From Gnetum montanum (lineage: Eukaryota > Plantae > Gnetophyta): 64,000 bases of DNA. Below are positions 26,001-38,600 of this stretch, piece after piece. How positions within the stretch are numbered: position 1 is the stretch's first letter; every line of letters starts with the position of its first letter. The position numbers were made by a program, and so were the translations under genes. The notes beneath the pieces are model-generated. The model was not told the DNA's origin, did not search any database, and saw only the letters and a list, made by a program, of their open reading frames with translations. The stretch is from positions 211,939-275,938 of the forward strand of contig MNCI01002197.1 of assembly GCA_015680685.1 (NCBI GenBank). Direction: 5' to 3'.

Positions 26001-27630
26001 CTTGGCCTAAACCTCGGCATGGGGAGGAGAATCCCCATAGTTGTTCGTTAATATCAAGAGTAGGCCCTTGTTGCCTGGATGTTAATGCATAGATCAACAA
26101 ACTTTGGATGGAGCCCTTTTCTCAACAGAATGTCCTTAAGTGAACCCCAATAGACTGTATCATACACCTTAGTGATATCAAGCTTAAAACACATACCTGG
26201 GAAGTTCACTTATTTTTTTTGTATAGAGTGCATTATCTCTTGCAGTAATAAAATTTGATCCTGAATATACCTGCCCCTGATAAATCCGGTTTGTCGGAAG
26301 CCCATTAGAGATGGCATGAGCAGTTGTAGTTTGGCAACAAGTATCTTTGTGAACAACCTAAGTAGCATTTTACAAACCCCTATTGGTCTGAAGTGAGCTG
26401 GTTTAGTGGGGTTGGTAATTTTTGGTTTCAGTACAATTTTGGAACAATTTATTTCATGCCTAGTCCCCATTTGAGCATAAGATTGAAAGCATCAGCAATG
26501 TTGTCGTTGAGGATGTTGAAGAAGTTTCTGAAAAATTCCACTAGCCACCCATCCAGCCTCAAAAAGCTCTTGCTTGGTGATTGGTGTCAGAAGCCTTTCA
26601 TTTTCATGAGGTTGGATAGCCATGTTAATGCAGATGGAACTAGGGGAGGGATCTCCCCTAGACCAAGTGCCAGATCAGTGTTGTTGCATAGCATTGGTGA
26701 TGGCTTGGTTATCATGCACTGTGTTTGCTCCCTGCGTGATGCTATGGATTCTTTTGGCTTCTTTGTTCACCTTAGCTGCAGAAAAAAAGAACTTAGTATT
26801 TCTATCTCCCTCACTATTTCATCTGTGCTCATGCCTTTCAGTACTGCTCTTCTTCCTTCAAGAGTTGCTATAGTTGGAGAAGGATATCATGCTTTTACTC
26901 ATCCAAGGACTATCCTAGCTCTTGATTGGTGTGGATGTCAAGTAATCATTCTTTCAAGCCAGCTCGATATTCTTTAAAAGTGTACTTATCTCCCTTCTGC
27001 TATTTCCGTACCTTCTTTTTTAGGATATTCAGTCCTGCTTTAAGGAAATCCCTAGGGTTTGTCTCTGCTGGGTACCCTTTCCAGATTTCTGAAAGAAGGT
27101 GGGCTAGCCAAGGTTTGTTTAGCCATGACCTTTCTAGTTTGAAAGGTCTTGTACCCAACTTTCCAGGCATATGGATGGAGCAAAGAAGCACCCTATGGGC
27201 AGAGGCCTTTCTTTCAAGCCCACCGACATGGATCTCATGGGTGAGGATTCATGCCGAATTGGACCAAACTCTGTCAATCTTAGACATTACTCGCTCCCCA
27301 CCTTTTCTTCTGTTACTTCAGGTGTACCGGCATCGTTTAACCTCCACATCCACCAATTCAAAAATTTGGAGGTAATGCATAGATTCTTGATTGGTTGGAG
27401 GTGGGGTTGAGTCTCCCCCAGTCTTTTCCCATGGAAAAAGCAGCTGATTGAAATCCCTAATCAGGATCCAAGTCATTCTATTACAGATCTTACCCGCAAT
27501 CCTGTGTAGCTTTGTCAGTCTGGCTTCTGGCCCTTGTAGCCCGTAGAAGTTTGTTAGCCATGGTCTCTGCGAGGGCATGAAGGTAGTGATGCTCCACTGG
27601 GTTGAGTCCAGTAGTTGCATTGGAATCTGT
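23029..27630 (-). mobile_element. L1-clade LINE, J-domain family, copy B (5'-truncated inside the endonuclease; diverged subfamily)
   Basis: Endonuclease WLTNFYG...DFNQ; RT FRPIGVC, QDQILLLQE, KHYAND; zf-RVT near 24950-25130; extension from 24790 to about 23350; short poly(A) as T-run 23029-23035. Confidence 0.9.
23420..23615 (-). pseudogene. DnaJ-type J-domain of copy B
   Basis: RYPYMVMGINRNISWARLRRCIRTTSTKFHPDKATIEATKQQHEEKYKEF*KAIAFV; HPDK at 23513-23524. Confidence 0.85.
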
Positions 27631-27827
27631 TGCTTATAGGCTGGTTGCTTTATTCTTTACAGGGTGTACTTCTAAATGGATTTCTTTTCCCTTATTGGAA
27701 GGTTATTTATGCTCATAGAAAATCTTTTTATCTGTTTTAAAAAAATACTGTAAATCTGTGAATTCATGTATCTTTTTGATAGAGCACAGTTTTTAATGAG
27801 GTACATGATGGTCACTACCTTATGCAG

Positions 27828-28203
27828 GGAAAAAAGGATTTACTGTGTTTCCTGTTCACAGTGGGTTGTTAGTGAGGCAGAGGTTGCTGCTCAAGTTAAA
27901 CTAAACTCTTCTGGTGCACTTCAAGCTCATCCTGAAACAAGTAAAATAAATGGAGCTGACATTGGCACAAATAATCACCAGACAGATATGTCCATTTCAA
28001 ATTCAGTTCAACTTGTTCATGCCCATGAGAAAAAAAGCTGTGAAAGCAATGGCAGACAGTCAAATGGAGTCATGGGCCCTGCCAAAGCAGAGTCATCCAC
28101 TAGTGTCAGATCCATACCTACATCAGTATCCAAAACAATTCCTTGTGCAGAAAGGAATGACGGTGGCAAACTTTCTAGTGAAGACTATGGGTTGTTGACA
28201 TCT
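27828..28203 (+). CDS. ZNRD2: ZNRD2/SSSCA1-like, coding exon 2 (second CxxC and low-complexity linker)
   Basis: Acceptor TATGCAG|G at 27827 completes the AG+G Arg codon, giving RNR-EKRIYCVSCSQW. Donor TCT|GTAAGA at 28204, phase 0. Confidence 0.85.
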
Positions 28204-28313
28204 GTAAGAGTGGTCGGAAGCAAAACTGAAATTAAATGGAAGAAAAAATCTCTTAAAAACTTTATAACGTATAATACATTACATTCTAATTTGTAAGGCT
28301 TTGTTTTTTACAG

Positions 28314-28382
28314 TTAGAAATGCCACCACATCCTGCTTTAGTTCTTTCACAGGCATTTGCCAGTATTATGAAGAAGATTGAG
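28314..28382 (+). CDS. ZNRD2: ZNRD2/SSSCA1-like, coding exon 3
   Basis: TTTTTTACAG| then LEMPPHPALVLSQAFASIMKKIE then |GTAAAT. Phases 0/0; resembles the start of the C-terminal helical region of SSSCA1. Confidence 0.8.
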
Positions 28383-28585
28383 GTAAATTGTGAAATATTC
28401 TTTATTATGAAGAAGGTTATCTTTAGTTGAATATTTCCTTATATTCCATGATGTCTGTAGCGCAAGAGTATTCTGGCATACGGATATCTATATCTGAAAT
28501 CTAGAAGCTAGTTGTATAAAGGTTGGTAATTTATGTGCAAGCAAACATCTTTTCACAAATTCCTAATTTTTTTGTCAATTGACAG

Positions 28586-28636
28586 AATCTTTCTCACCTG
28601 GTCACAGCTACAGATGATCTAGAGTCCATAAATCAG
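28586..28636 (+). CDS. ZNRD2: ZNRD2/SSSCA1-like, coding exon 4
   Basis: ATTGACAG| then NLSHLVTATDDLESINQ then |GTTCTG (weak donor). In frame with exons 3 and 5. Confidence 0.72.
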
Positions 28637-29469
28637 GTTCTGAAATTTTTATGTTAAATGGATATTATGTTAGCATTTGTGTAGGCAATTTTCTGTAGCT
28701 TATTCTCGTAAAATTTCAACACTTCTTCTATAACTGTTAAGTAAGGCTGAAAGATGATGTATTATGTGCTTGCTTTGAAAAATCTTTCCATACTTCTATA
28801 ATAAAATATTGGGATCAAATCCTTTGGTAGTTGAGTGATAAAGGAATCTCCCTGTTTAGAGTCTAGTGAAAGTGTTTCTAACAGTAGAAGCTGACTGTCT
28901 GGTTTTGGAACATTTACTCTATGACAAATATCGCTTTAATTAGCATGATATCCATTATCTTGTCAATTAAGATAATTCATTAGGGTAGACAAGCAGTTTG
29001 ACCTTAATTTTAAAGATTTAGGTATCATTATCAACGTCAACGCAGCTAATTTTTAGTTAAAAGTTCTACCACTATGATAGTTGACATGGTGATTAGTTAC
29101 AGTTAATAATAAACTAATAGACATGATTTGTAACTAAGAGTGGTAACCTTTCCTAAGTTGGTATAAAAAAGGGAACATTTTTCGTATCATTGTATATGTA
29201 AAAATCTCATACAATAGTTTGCAATGTAACTATGAACAATAGTTTTTAAGGGGATCTTCATTTCACATTTTATTGAGTGTTTACATGAACTATTCATTTT
29301 TGTTTTAACAAGGAAAAAAAGATTATATTAATAAAATAAGATTTGAAATACAATGGGATTAGTCTTGTGATCTTAACAAACAACAAAGTTAATAGTATCA
29401 AAATTGTAATGAAAAAGTTGAAAAATAAAATAATCATCTTAAGGCACTATCTAATCCTAAGTAGATTAT

Positions 29470-32400
29470 TTTTTCTCGGTACTTAAAGATCGACTTGCAG
29501 CAGCCGGATGGCGAGTGCAGGAGCGGTGACTTAGGCAAGCCGAGGGGCGAACAAGGGTAAACCAGTCGACACTAGAGTAGGACCTGCAAACCCAGGGCTT
29601 GCTGTGGGACACACGGGCGGCGATGAACAGAAGGAAAGCGGGAAGGACCCGGTTAGGGCCAAACAGGACCACGAGGGGGACGCAGACCAAGCACCAAATG
29701 GGGAGATTGAGGCACACTCTCATATCGACAACACCATGCACCTCTAGGTTAGTGGACCCCCGATGGAGGGAGTTCGGACTATGCAATGGAGCCTCATTGG
29801 CCGTTTCGTGTCCTTGGGCGCTTGCTCGCAGATGGAGTTAATTTGCAGGTGGGTACAAGAAACCTAGAAGATTGGACAAGTGGAGGTCTAGAGCCTATCC
29901 GAGGAGTTGTTATTGTTCATTTTTCCGACCCAGCAGGCTAGGGACATGGTGTTGCTGGGGGGACCATGGTTCTATGGTGCTTGGGGGCTGGCTTTAACCT
30001 GTTGGCGACCGGGGGTGCACCGTGAGATGGACCTGTTTGCTCAGGCCTCAGTGTGGATGAGGGTGTTCGGGATTCCATGGGAGATGTGGAACTTGGAATT
30101 CCTGGAATGGATGGTGGGGTTTTTTGGGGAGTTCATCTCTTTCGATAGGGTCATGCAGTCAATGGCGCATATGGGATTCACCCGTTTCTATGTGTGGCAA
30201 AATCTGTTTGCTAAGGACCTCACCTGGGAAATAGTGTTGGAGCTCCTAGGAGGGGAGGAACACCTTCAGGTTGAGTTTGAAAACCTGGAGGCAGAGCCAG
30301 ACATGGAATGGGGACCGTAGGCTCGAGAGGGCAAGGGAGGAGGTTGTGGGTGCTGTGGGAAACCTGGTCACCATGAGGTTGATTGTCGGTTTCGGAGGGT
30401 TCGGCCAATGCAAGCGCGGGACCAGTCCGACGGTTGGTTGAGGGCAGGGACTGGGTTACGATGGGACGTAAGGGCCGACCGAACCTGCCACCAGATCAAC
30501 TACCCCCCCATAAACCACCACCTCCCTCTCGCCCCCCAACCCCCATGAACACAATCCCCACCCCCACGTCNTCTCCATTGCAACTTTCACCTACGCCCCC
30601 ACAATCGACCTACACCCCTGACACCAACACCCCACACACCTCACCACCATCATCAGCTGACCCAACGACGCTAGGGATAGTGCTCCCCCCAGGGCAAATG
30701 GGTCAATGTGGTTAGGGGGAGCACCACGTCTCGTCAGCTCCCGGGGAAGGAGCCTGCATTTGGAGACTCAGGATGTAGCCTGGTTGTGCGGGAGGGGGGG
30801 AGCTCCAAACACCCATGTGAGAGTCTCTCTAGGGCCAAACGAGCTCAACGGAATATTGATTTGGGATTACAGAAGACCCTCTGGGAGGTCTAACAACACC
30901 GCTCATCCGGGCATACATGAAGATCCTCAGCTGGAATTGTAGGGGACAAGGTACACCCTGTAAAAGAAATACCCTGAGAAGAATTGTTCGTGATGAAGAG
31001 TGCAATATCGTATGCCTCCAAGAGACCAAGTTGTAGGCAATAGAATCACACCATCTCTTCTGGGATGGCTGGAAAGTCCACGTGCACCCTTGTGTGGGTC
31101 GAGCAGGGGGTCTTGCTATCCTAGACCACTACGACATGATGTTGGTTGACTCCTCACAATGGACCATGATAGTCCATATCCCCTCTCGAGGGATTTGGCT
31201 GACCAACTTCTATGGGGCGTAGATATGGGAGCAGAGGTTGCAGGAGATGGAGCACGTGGCAACGCTGGTGTAGGACCGCTTCGTATGGCTAATTGTTGAG
31301 GACTTCAACCAAAGATTACATTCGTGGGAAAAATTAGGTGGGGAGCTTTGCACCCCCCCCCCCCCGGAGCACCCAGGAGTTTTAAGATTTCCTGGCGATC
31401 CACCCGCTAATGGATCTGCCCATTGAGAACTGCCAATTCACTTGGAGCAATAGGTGGAAAGGCCATGATCGCGTCCTTTCTAGAATTTGACCGGATTTGC
31501 ATCAATTTCGACCTCCTCCTTCGGTTGGCCGTGCGGGTTACGGGACAACAACGGGTGGCATCAGATCATCGATCCTTGGTTTGTTTGCTTGGACCTGAAA
31601 GGTACTAGACCCCGCAACTGTTTCATTTTGAGGCAACTTGGTTGTCCAAGCCGTGGTTGAGGCCATTAGTTGAGGACATATGGGCAAACTACAGGCCAGG
31701 CCGGGGAGACCCTAAGAACTTCCTCAAAGATGGCTTGCTTCGTTTGAAATGGGCTATTCGAGCCTTGTTGGTGGAGGACAAGTTCTCGTTCAGGATGGGT
31801 CGCACGGTGCTTCGGGATAAGCTAACTCAGATCTAGACCAGACAAGAGGCTGGGGAGGACCTACATGAAGAGGAGCATAACATTTTGCGGCAACTTAGGG
31901 CCTTGACTTAGAGGAGGAGACATACTGGAAACAAAGATCATAGGTTAGATGGCTTTGGGAGGGGGATAGGCAAATAGACTTTTTCTTCATCATTGCCAAG
32001 ACACAGGGATGGAGCCAACCACATTGTTTGCACACCATGGAGGTGGGGATAACTGATGAGCCACAGAGCGTCGCTAGGGAGCTGACACAATATAGGGGGA
32101 AGATCTGGGCCAAGCGACCCACCAAGCCCATACCGGTCCAAATTACGCAGGTGCTAAATGAAGGGGATAATGCTCGATTGTTGACTCCATTCTCATGGTA
32201 GGAACTCGTAGCAACCATCAGCAACATGTTGGGCGGGAAGGCACCTGGGCCAGATGGTTGGAGCCTTGAATTTTTTAGGGCCTTCCTAGATATTGTGGGA
32301 CCCAACATTCTAGATGCATTCAACCTTATGCTAGCCAAGAGGCAGGTTCGAAGGGAGCTCAGTTGTTCTCGAATAGTTTGCATCCCCAAGCAAGCGGAGG

Positions 32401-33885
32401 TGCACCGCCCAGAACACTTTTGCCCTATCGGGGTTTGCAACGTGTTGATTTGGGTATTCTCCAAGATGATTGTTTGTAGGCTAGTGCCGCTAATGCCCAA
32501 ACTAGTGGGAGTGAACCAAATAGGTTTTGTACAAGGTAGGACCTTGCAGGACCAAGTGCTTCTCATGCACGAGGTGTTTCATTCTCTTCGAATTACGAGT
32601 TTCCTAGGGCTCTGTCTCAAGCTTGATGTCACCAAGGCATATGATACGCTCAGCTGGGAAGCCCTGACCACCATCATGCAATGAAAAGGTTTTGACCTGG
32701 GTTTTATCTAGCTTTGCATCCACATGCAAGCATCTGCAGGTTTCTCCTTTGACGTTGGGGGCGGTGGGGTCTCTCCTCACCTGGGAGGGGGTTGCGGTAG
32801 GGGGACCCCCTATCACCCCTACTCTTCATTATTGTTATGGATCTGATGCAACATTATTGTAGGATGTTGGGGGTTGACGACTTAGAAATTGCGGAGGTGG
32901 AATGTCAGGCTGAACATGATGCGGATGACACAATGTTGCTTAGTCGTGTAGGGGTTCCACAAGCACGGTGCATCAATGTGGCACTTTCACGGTTAGCAGA
33001 CGAGATGGGACTGGAGATTAACAGGGCTAAGTCAACAACTCATTTTATCAATGTGGACACACAGATTAAGAATCGAGTCGTACAAGTCTTGAACATTCCG
33101 CCTGGGACAGTTAGAGATACCTACTTGGATATCCCACTTTTTTAGCGGGGGCGGAGCATGTCTTGGGGAATGCCATTGGAAAAGGTTGAAAGACGGATGG
33201 GACACTGGGTCAATCATTTCCTAACTAGAAAGGGGTGATTGGTGGTGGCGTTGGGGATGCTCATTGTAATAACTTGGTTTGTGGTTGTAGTCGCCACCCC
33301 TCCAAATGCCATTATCAACAAACTCAACATGCAAATTTGACAGTTTGTCTGGTTGGGGGGGCAGGGGGGGGGGGTGGCTGGGCATTTCCAAGTTTGAAGA
33401 TGAGCTGACGATGGGACGACATCGTCTGTTACTCTGGTTCACAAGCTAGCTTGGGGAGCCAGCCCAGTGGATCCGAGTAATGAATGCAAAATATAGACGA
33501 TGGGAGGCGGGGGCGCAAGACTCAAAGCCCTAGCAGATGCTTTGCGGCCACGTGCGCGAAATGCAAGTGCAAGGGTGGTTGGCTCTTGAGCTGCGCCACC
33601 TAATGGCGGCCAGGTACCTGCCGGTACCAGGCTGGCAACAAATCTGGAAGGGGTGGCTGCCCGAGAAAATTAAAGTGTTCCTGTGGTTAATTTGGAATGA
33701 TGCGCTGCCTGTTTGGGCGCTCCTACATAGACGAGGCCTCATTTTAGATGATACTTGTCCTTTGTGTGGTGCCATGCCTGAGACCGTGCAACACTTCATT
33801 TTCGAATGCACCTACATGCGCTCCACGTGGCGTTTTGTAGGGGCAGCCCCCTCGATGCGCCTCAGAGGCCACTAACTTGGGCATG
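29470..33885 (+). mobile_element. L1-clade LINE, same family, copy C (ORF1 and ORF2 up to zf-RVT; 3' part missing)
   Basis: Close to copy A. ORF1 has GGPWFYG and CGCCGKPGHHEVDC. ORF2 starts at ATG 30917 (MKILSWNCRG), RT at 32226-33145, zf-RVT CPLCGAMPETVQHF at 33537-33875. Breaks off near 33885. Confidence 0.9.
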
Positions 33886-35626
33886 TGATGTCATAATGCT
33901 TATAACTTAATGAAAATAATCACCAAAAGCATTACAAATCTTAACCAAAGTGCATGGTAAAATTGAAATACACATTGGAGGACTTTAAGCAGAAATTCAT
34001 AACCATGTAACAAAGCTCATAAATTAGTCTTTAACATGATAAATCCATAATCTCAAATAGAGTTGATAATATCCTTAAGTACATAGGTTGAAATTCATCA
34101 TGCTCATGATAACATAAACAAAAAGCTAATTCTGAAAATAACAAGGAAAGCTCCAAAGATCTAGCTCAATGACCATCAAGCTCCTATCTCTTACCACTTG
34201 GATTTGCATACACACATGCAAGAAGGGCCAGGAACCTTCTAGTAGAGCCAATCACCTTGGTGCATTTGGAACAAGCTGAAGGATGGGGCATGTTGCACAA
34301 GAAACCATCTAAAGATCCATGAAATTAGAAACTAAAAGTCATATTCAAACCATGATACTACCAATAACCATGATATCCATAGAATGTCAAGAAATAGGTA
34401 ACCGAAAATGCACTAGGAATCAACCATCCATAAGGACTTTTAGTCATAGAGATCTCACCTATCTTGGATGTTGTCAACGGCCCTCCTGAAGGACTAGTTA
34501 ACCAACATCACCTGATCTTGGATGAATTGATGCTAAGAATGGACCCATGTGGATTACCTATATCTATTGTTGTGCATTATGAAATCAGCCACATGACAAT
34601 CACAAGAGATGGGAGTAGATACTAATTGGCTAAACAATTCCTCCACAAAGCTTACCCATTGTCACAGTTCGTGTGCAATCATAGGCAATGTGGGTCAAGC
34701 AAGGAAGCCAACCCTACCATCCACATTTTCTACCTATTGTCACATAGATTTGATTGCCCATGGTATAATCATAGGTGATGTGGGTCAAGTTCTAGAGGCT
34801 AATCTGGACTCTCCACAATGCTTACTCATTGATCTTGTTGAATGCATCAGCAAGAGGTTCGATCGTCAGACACACAAGATACAAGACACCAAATGTCAAG
34901 AAATAGTTCAAAGAATACAAAAATGGCATGATATGGACAAGAACCAGCACCCACAAGTTGATCACAATATTGGTGTGTTTTACCTGAGTTGGAGTGTGTT
35001 TGAACATGATTTGACAAGTTTAGGGTTTTTTGGGTTCAAAGGGAGCCTGTTTTAGGGCATAACAAGGTTTCAAACTTTTGTTAAGATGGCATCCCAAACT
35101 TTTCTTGTAGAAATAGACAAGACATCTTTGGAAAGATGTCTCTAGGCTGAGAAAGACATCTCTTCCCCTAGGAAGAAATCTTGCTTGTTAGAAAGACATC
35201 TTTGCTGCAACTTCTAACACTTGGGAAAGGCGTCTCCTTGACCTCCAAGACAACTTGTTTGAGCGGAACATGGGTTGAAATAGGCGAAAGAAACCAGCAA
35301 AAGTGCAACATTTGCCAAGGAATTTGGGAACAAGGAGATCAAAGCCAGTAGTCATGAGATAAAAATTGAAACATTGAAATTGTAACAAGAGAGAGCCTGG
35401 ACCAATTGCTCTACTTTAACAAATTGGAGACCTGCAATACACGGGGTTGGTTTTGCAGAAGCACCAAGATGAGAAATTTCCCACAAGAGAGACGATCAAT
35501 GAGAGTGCACAATGGTAGCATGACAACCCAAGCTCTAATACAAAATCCCCAAGTTTTAAGTTAACATAGAAACATTGATGCACAATGAAATATCTCTCTG
35601 TTTGATTGCATAATAATTAGAGAAGT
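33886..35626 (-). mobile_element. Old non-coding LTR-element-like remnant (host of the nested chromovirus)
   Basis: GCTCTAATACAA at 35532-35543 resembles the reverse of an iMet PBS. GACATCT/AGATGTC subrepeats resemble the neighbouring LTRs. No recognisable ORF. Confidence 0.35.
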
Positions 35627-38600
35627 TGATGAGGAGCTCCCTTGGATTCCACAATCCAAGCTCTCTCAATGACAAAAAACAACAATTTTTGAACAAGAAA
35701 AGAAAATGAAAGCTTTATTCTTGCCCAAATGGGGAATTTACAGCTGAAAGGAAGCACACATTTTCAATGACCAATAAGAGATTCAATCAAATCCTCACAC
35801 ACACGTAATCAAAGAAAACACACTCTCACAAAGATAATATTCAAGACACTTAGCCAAGATTTTATCTCTCCACTCTCTTCTCTCAACTCACCTCTTCATC
35901 TTCCCTCTCAAATTCAAAATTTAAGTCTTTAAAAATCCATAATAAAATTTTTCATGTCCGTATAAGATATCTTTGAGGAGAATTGGACGTCTTGCTTGAA
36001 AGTGGCTGTTTACAGAGAGGACATATTGACTTGGGTTGAGATGTCTTGGTCTCACCTGAGATGTCTTGGTTGAGATGTTGGGAAAACAGTGGAGATGTCT
36101 GGAATATGTCTAAGATGTCTAGAACAAGGCTGATACATTTGATTTGCTAGGGCTCCAAAGAAATAACCTCATCTTGAGATCTTGGACCTCCAACACCTTT
36201 AATAAGTCTCCATTGAGTCTTGGAATAGGCCAAAAGCACCTCCAAACATACCAAGTACCTTACAACCATCATAAACAAAATAACTCCAAAAGATAAACAC
36301 AACAACACACACAAATCTATGTACAAACATAATGAGGATTAGGCATGGGCTGAGTGATGTCCTCATCATCTTTCCCATCCTTAAGAAATTAAACTTGTCC
36401 TCAAGTTGATTGTACACTTGGGATAGCATTAAGCTCCCACAAAACTGAATCGTTCTCATGGATCCAGATGGCATTTTTAGGGCCTTCATCATTCCAATGC
36501 ACTAAGTATTCATGCACTTTTCTTCCTCTTGTACTTCTAGCCTTCCTTGCTTGCAGCACAATTGCTTTCCTTGGTGGCTTGTTTGAGTTTGAGTCTTCAA
36601 ATGCATCCTTGAGGATCTCAAGCTATCCCTCAAGTCTGATGCTATCACATTTTTATGGTATGGGCTCAAATCTGCAACATTAAAAACACAATAAATAGGC
36701 AAGTCATTGGGTAAATCAATCTCATAAGCATTTGGATTGATTTTGGCCCTAATCTGAAATGGACCAATTCTCCTTGACTTGAGCTTGGAGAAGTGCACAT
36801 TCTTTTGTCTTTCCTTGCTCAAGTAAATCCAACCATAATCACTAATCTGGAAATTAATTGTCCTCTTGCCCTCATTGGTCTTGAAAGATATAATCTATCT
36901 TTTTCCTCAAGTGAGATTTAACTTGCTAATGCAATTCTCTCATTTGCTCAACAAAGTTTGAACTCAAAGAGGCACAATCTTCAAATTTCCTCAACTCATC
37001 AACCATTCTTGATAAAAATCCATAGTTTGCCATAAAGGTACTCTTACCAATGTTGGAATGGACAGCATTATTGTATGAGAATTCAGCATGGGCCAACATG
37101 TTTTCCCACCTTTGAGGCTGATCCTCACAGAAACACCTCAATATCTTCAATAGAGATCTATTTACAACTTCAGTTTTCCCATTAGTTTGGGGGTGATAGG
37201 CTGTGGAAAAAGGCAACTTGGTTCCAAGTAATTTTCAAAGTGTATCTCCAAAAATGGCTAGTAAACTTGACATTCCTATCACTTACAATGTTCAAAGGAA
37301 TGCCATGGAGTTTCACAACATGCTGAAAGAATAAATGTGCAACATGGAAAGCATCACTACTTCACTTGCATGGAATAAAATGAACCATCTTGGTAAATCT
37401 ATCTATTACCACAAACAAAGTCCAAAGAAACATTTTTCCATTTGGGATTGGTAAAGGTAGATAATGACCATCTAAACCTTTTCCCCCTTTGAAGTTTTGA
37501 CAAATATAGCATTCTTTTATAAATTTAACCACATCTCTATACATATATAGCCAAAAGTAGTTTTTGCTCACCAATTTCAATGTCTTGGTCTTACCCATAT
37601 GTGCAACCATGTCACTTTGATGTTTCTCTTCAAGGAGTTTGTACCTAAAGTCACACTTTGCAACACAAATTTTTCCATCCTTAAACAAAATCCCATTCTT
37701 CACATGATCAGCTTTCCATTGATTAGTCCTTCATAAGAATGGGTAAGATAACTCTTTCCAAATTGCACCAAAATCATTGTCATTAGCATACATTGAAGCA
37801 AAAGAGTCAAAACCTTGAACCTCTACATTAGAAGAACAACATGAACTATAGACAAAGCATCAGCCACAACATTGGACTTGCAACATCTATATTTCAAAAC
37901 AAAATGAAACTTTTGCAATTGCTCTGCCCATTTCATATGCTTGGCACTCAATTTCTTTTGAGAATTCAAAAATTGAAGTGTCCTATGATTAGTAAATAAA
38001 AGAAACTCTGATCCTAGCAAGTAATGTCTCCAATGTTTAATGGTTTTGAAGTATAGTATATAATTCCTTTTCATACACACTATACTTTTGTCTAGATTTA
38101 TTTAATTTTTCAGAAAAGAATGCAATTGGCTTACCCTCTTGAGAAAGCACACTTCCAATAGTAATCCCACTTTCATCCACTTCCACTTTAACAAGTTTAG
38201 AGAAGTTTGGAATTGCAAAACTGAAGCACTACAAATTCTCTCCTTCAATGCTTGAAAAGATTTCTCTTTCTCATTATCCCACACAAAGGCTGTATTTTTC
38301 TTCAAACAAGAGAGCATAGGCCATGTAGTAGAACTGCAATTTCTAATAAGTCTTCTATAGAAGCCAGCCAAATGAAGAAAAGATCTCACCTCTCCCACAT
38401 CTCAAGGTGAAGGCCATTTCTTGATTGCCTTGATTTTGCTTGGTTCCATCTTGAATTGGTTCTTGGAGACAACATGACGTAGGTACACAATTTCTCTCTT
38501 CATAAAGTGGTATTTCTTAGCATTGATCACCAATTTTGCCTCTTGTTACTTGGAACATACCATCCTCAAATGTTGCACATGGTCCTCTTCTTTAGAACTA

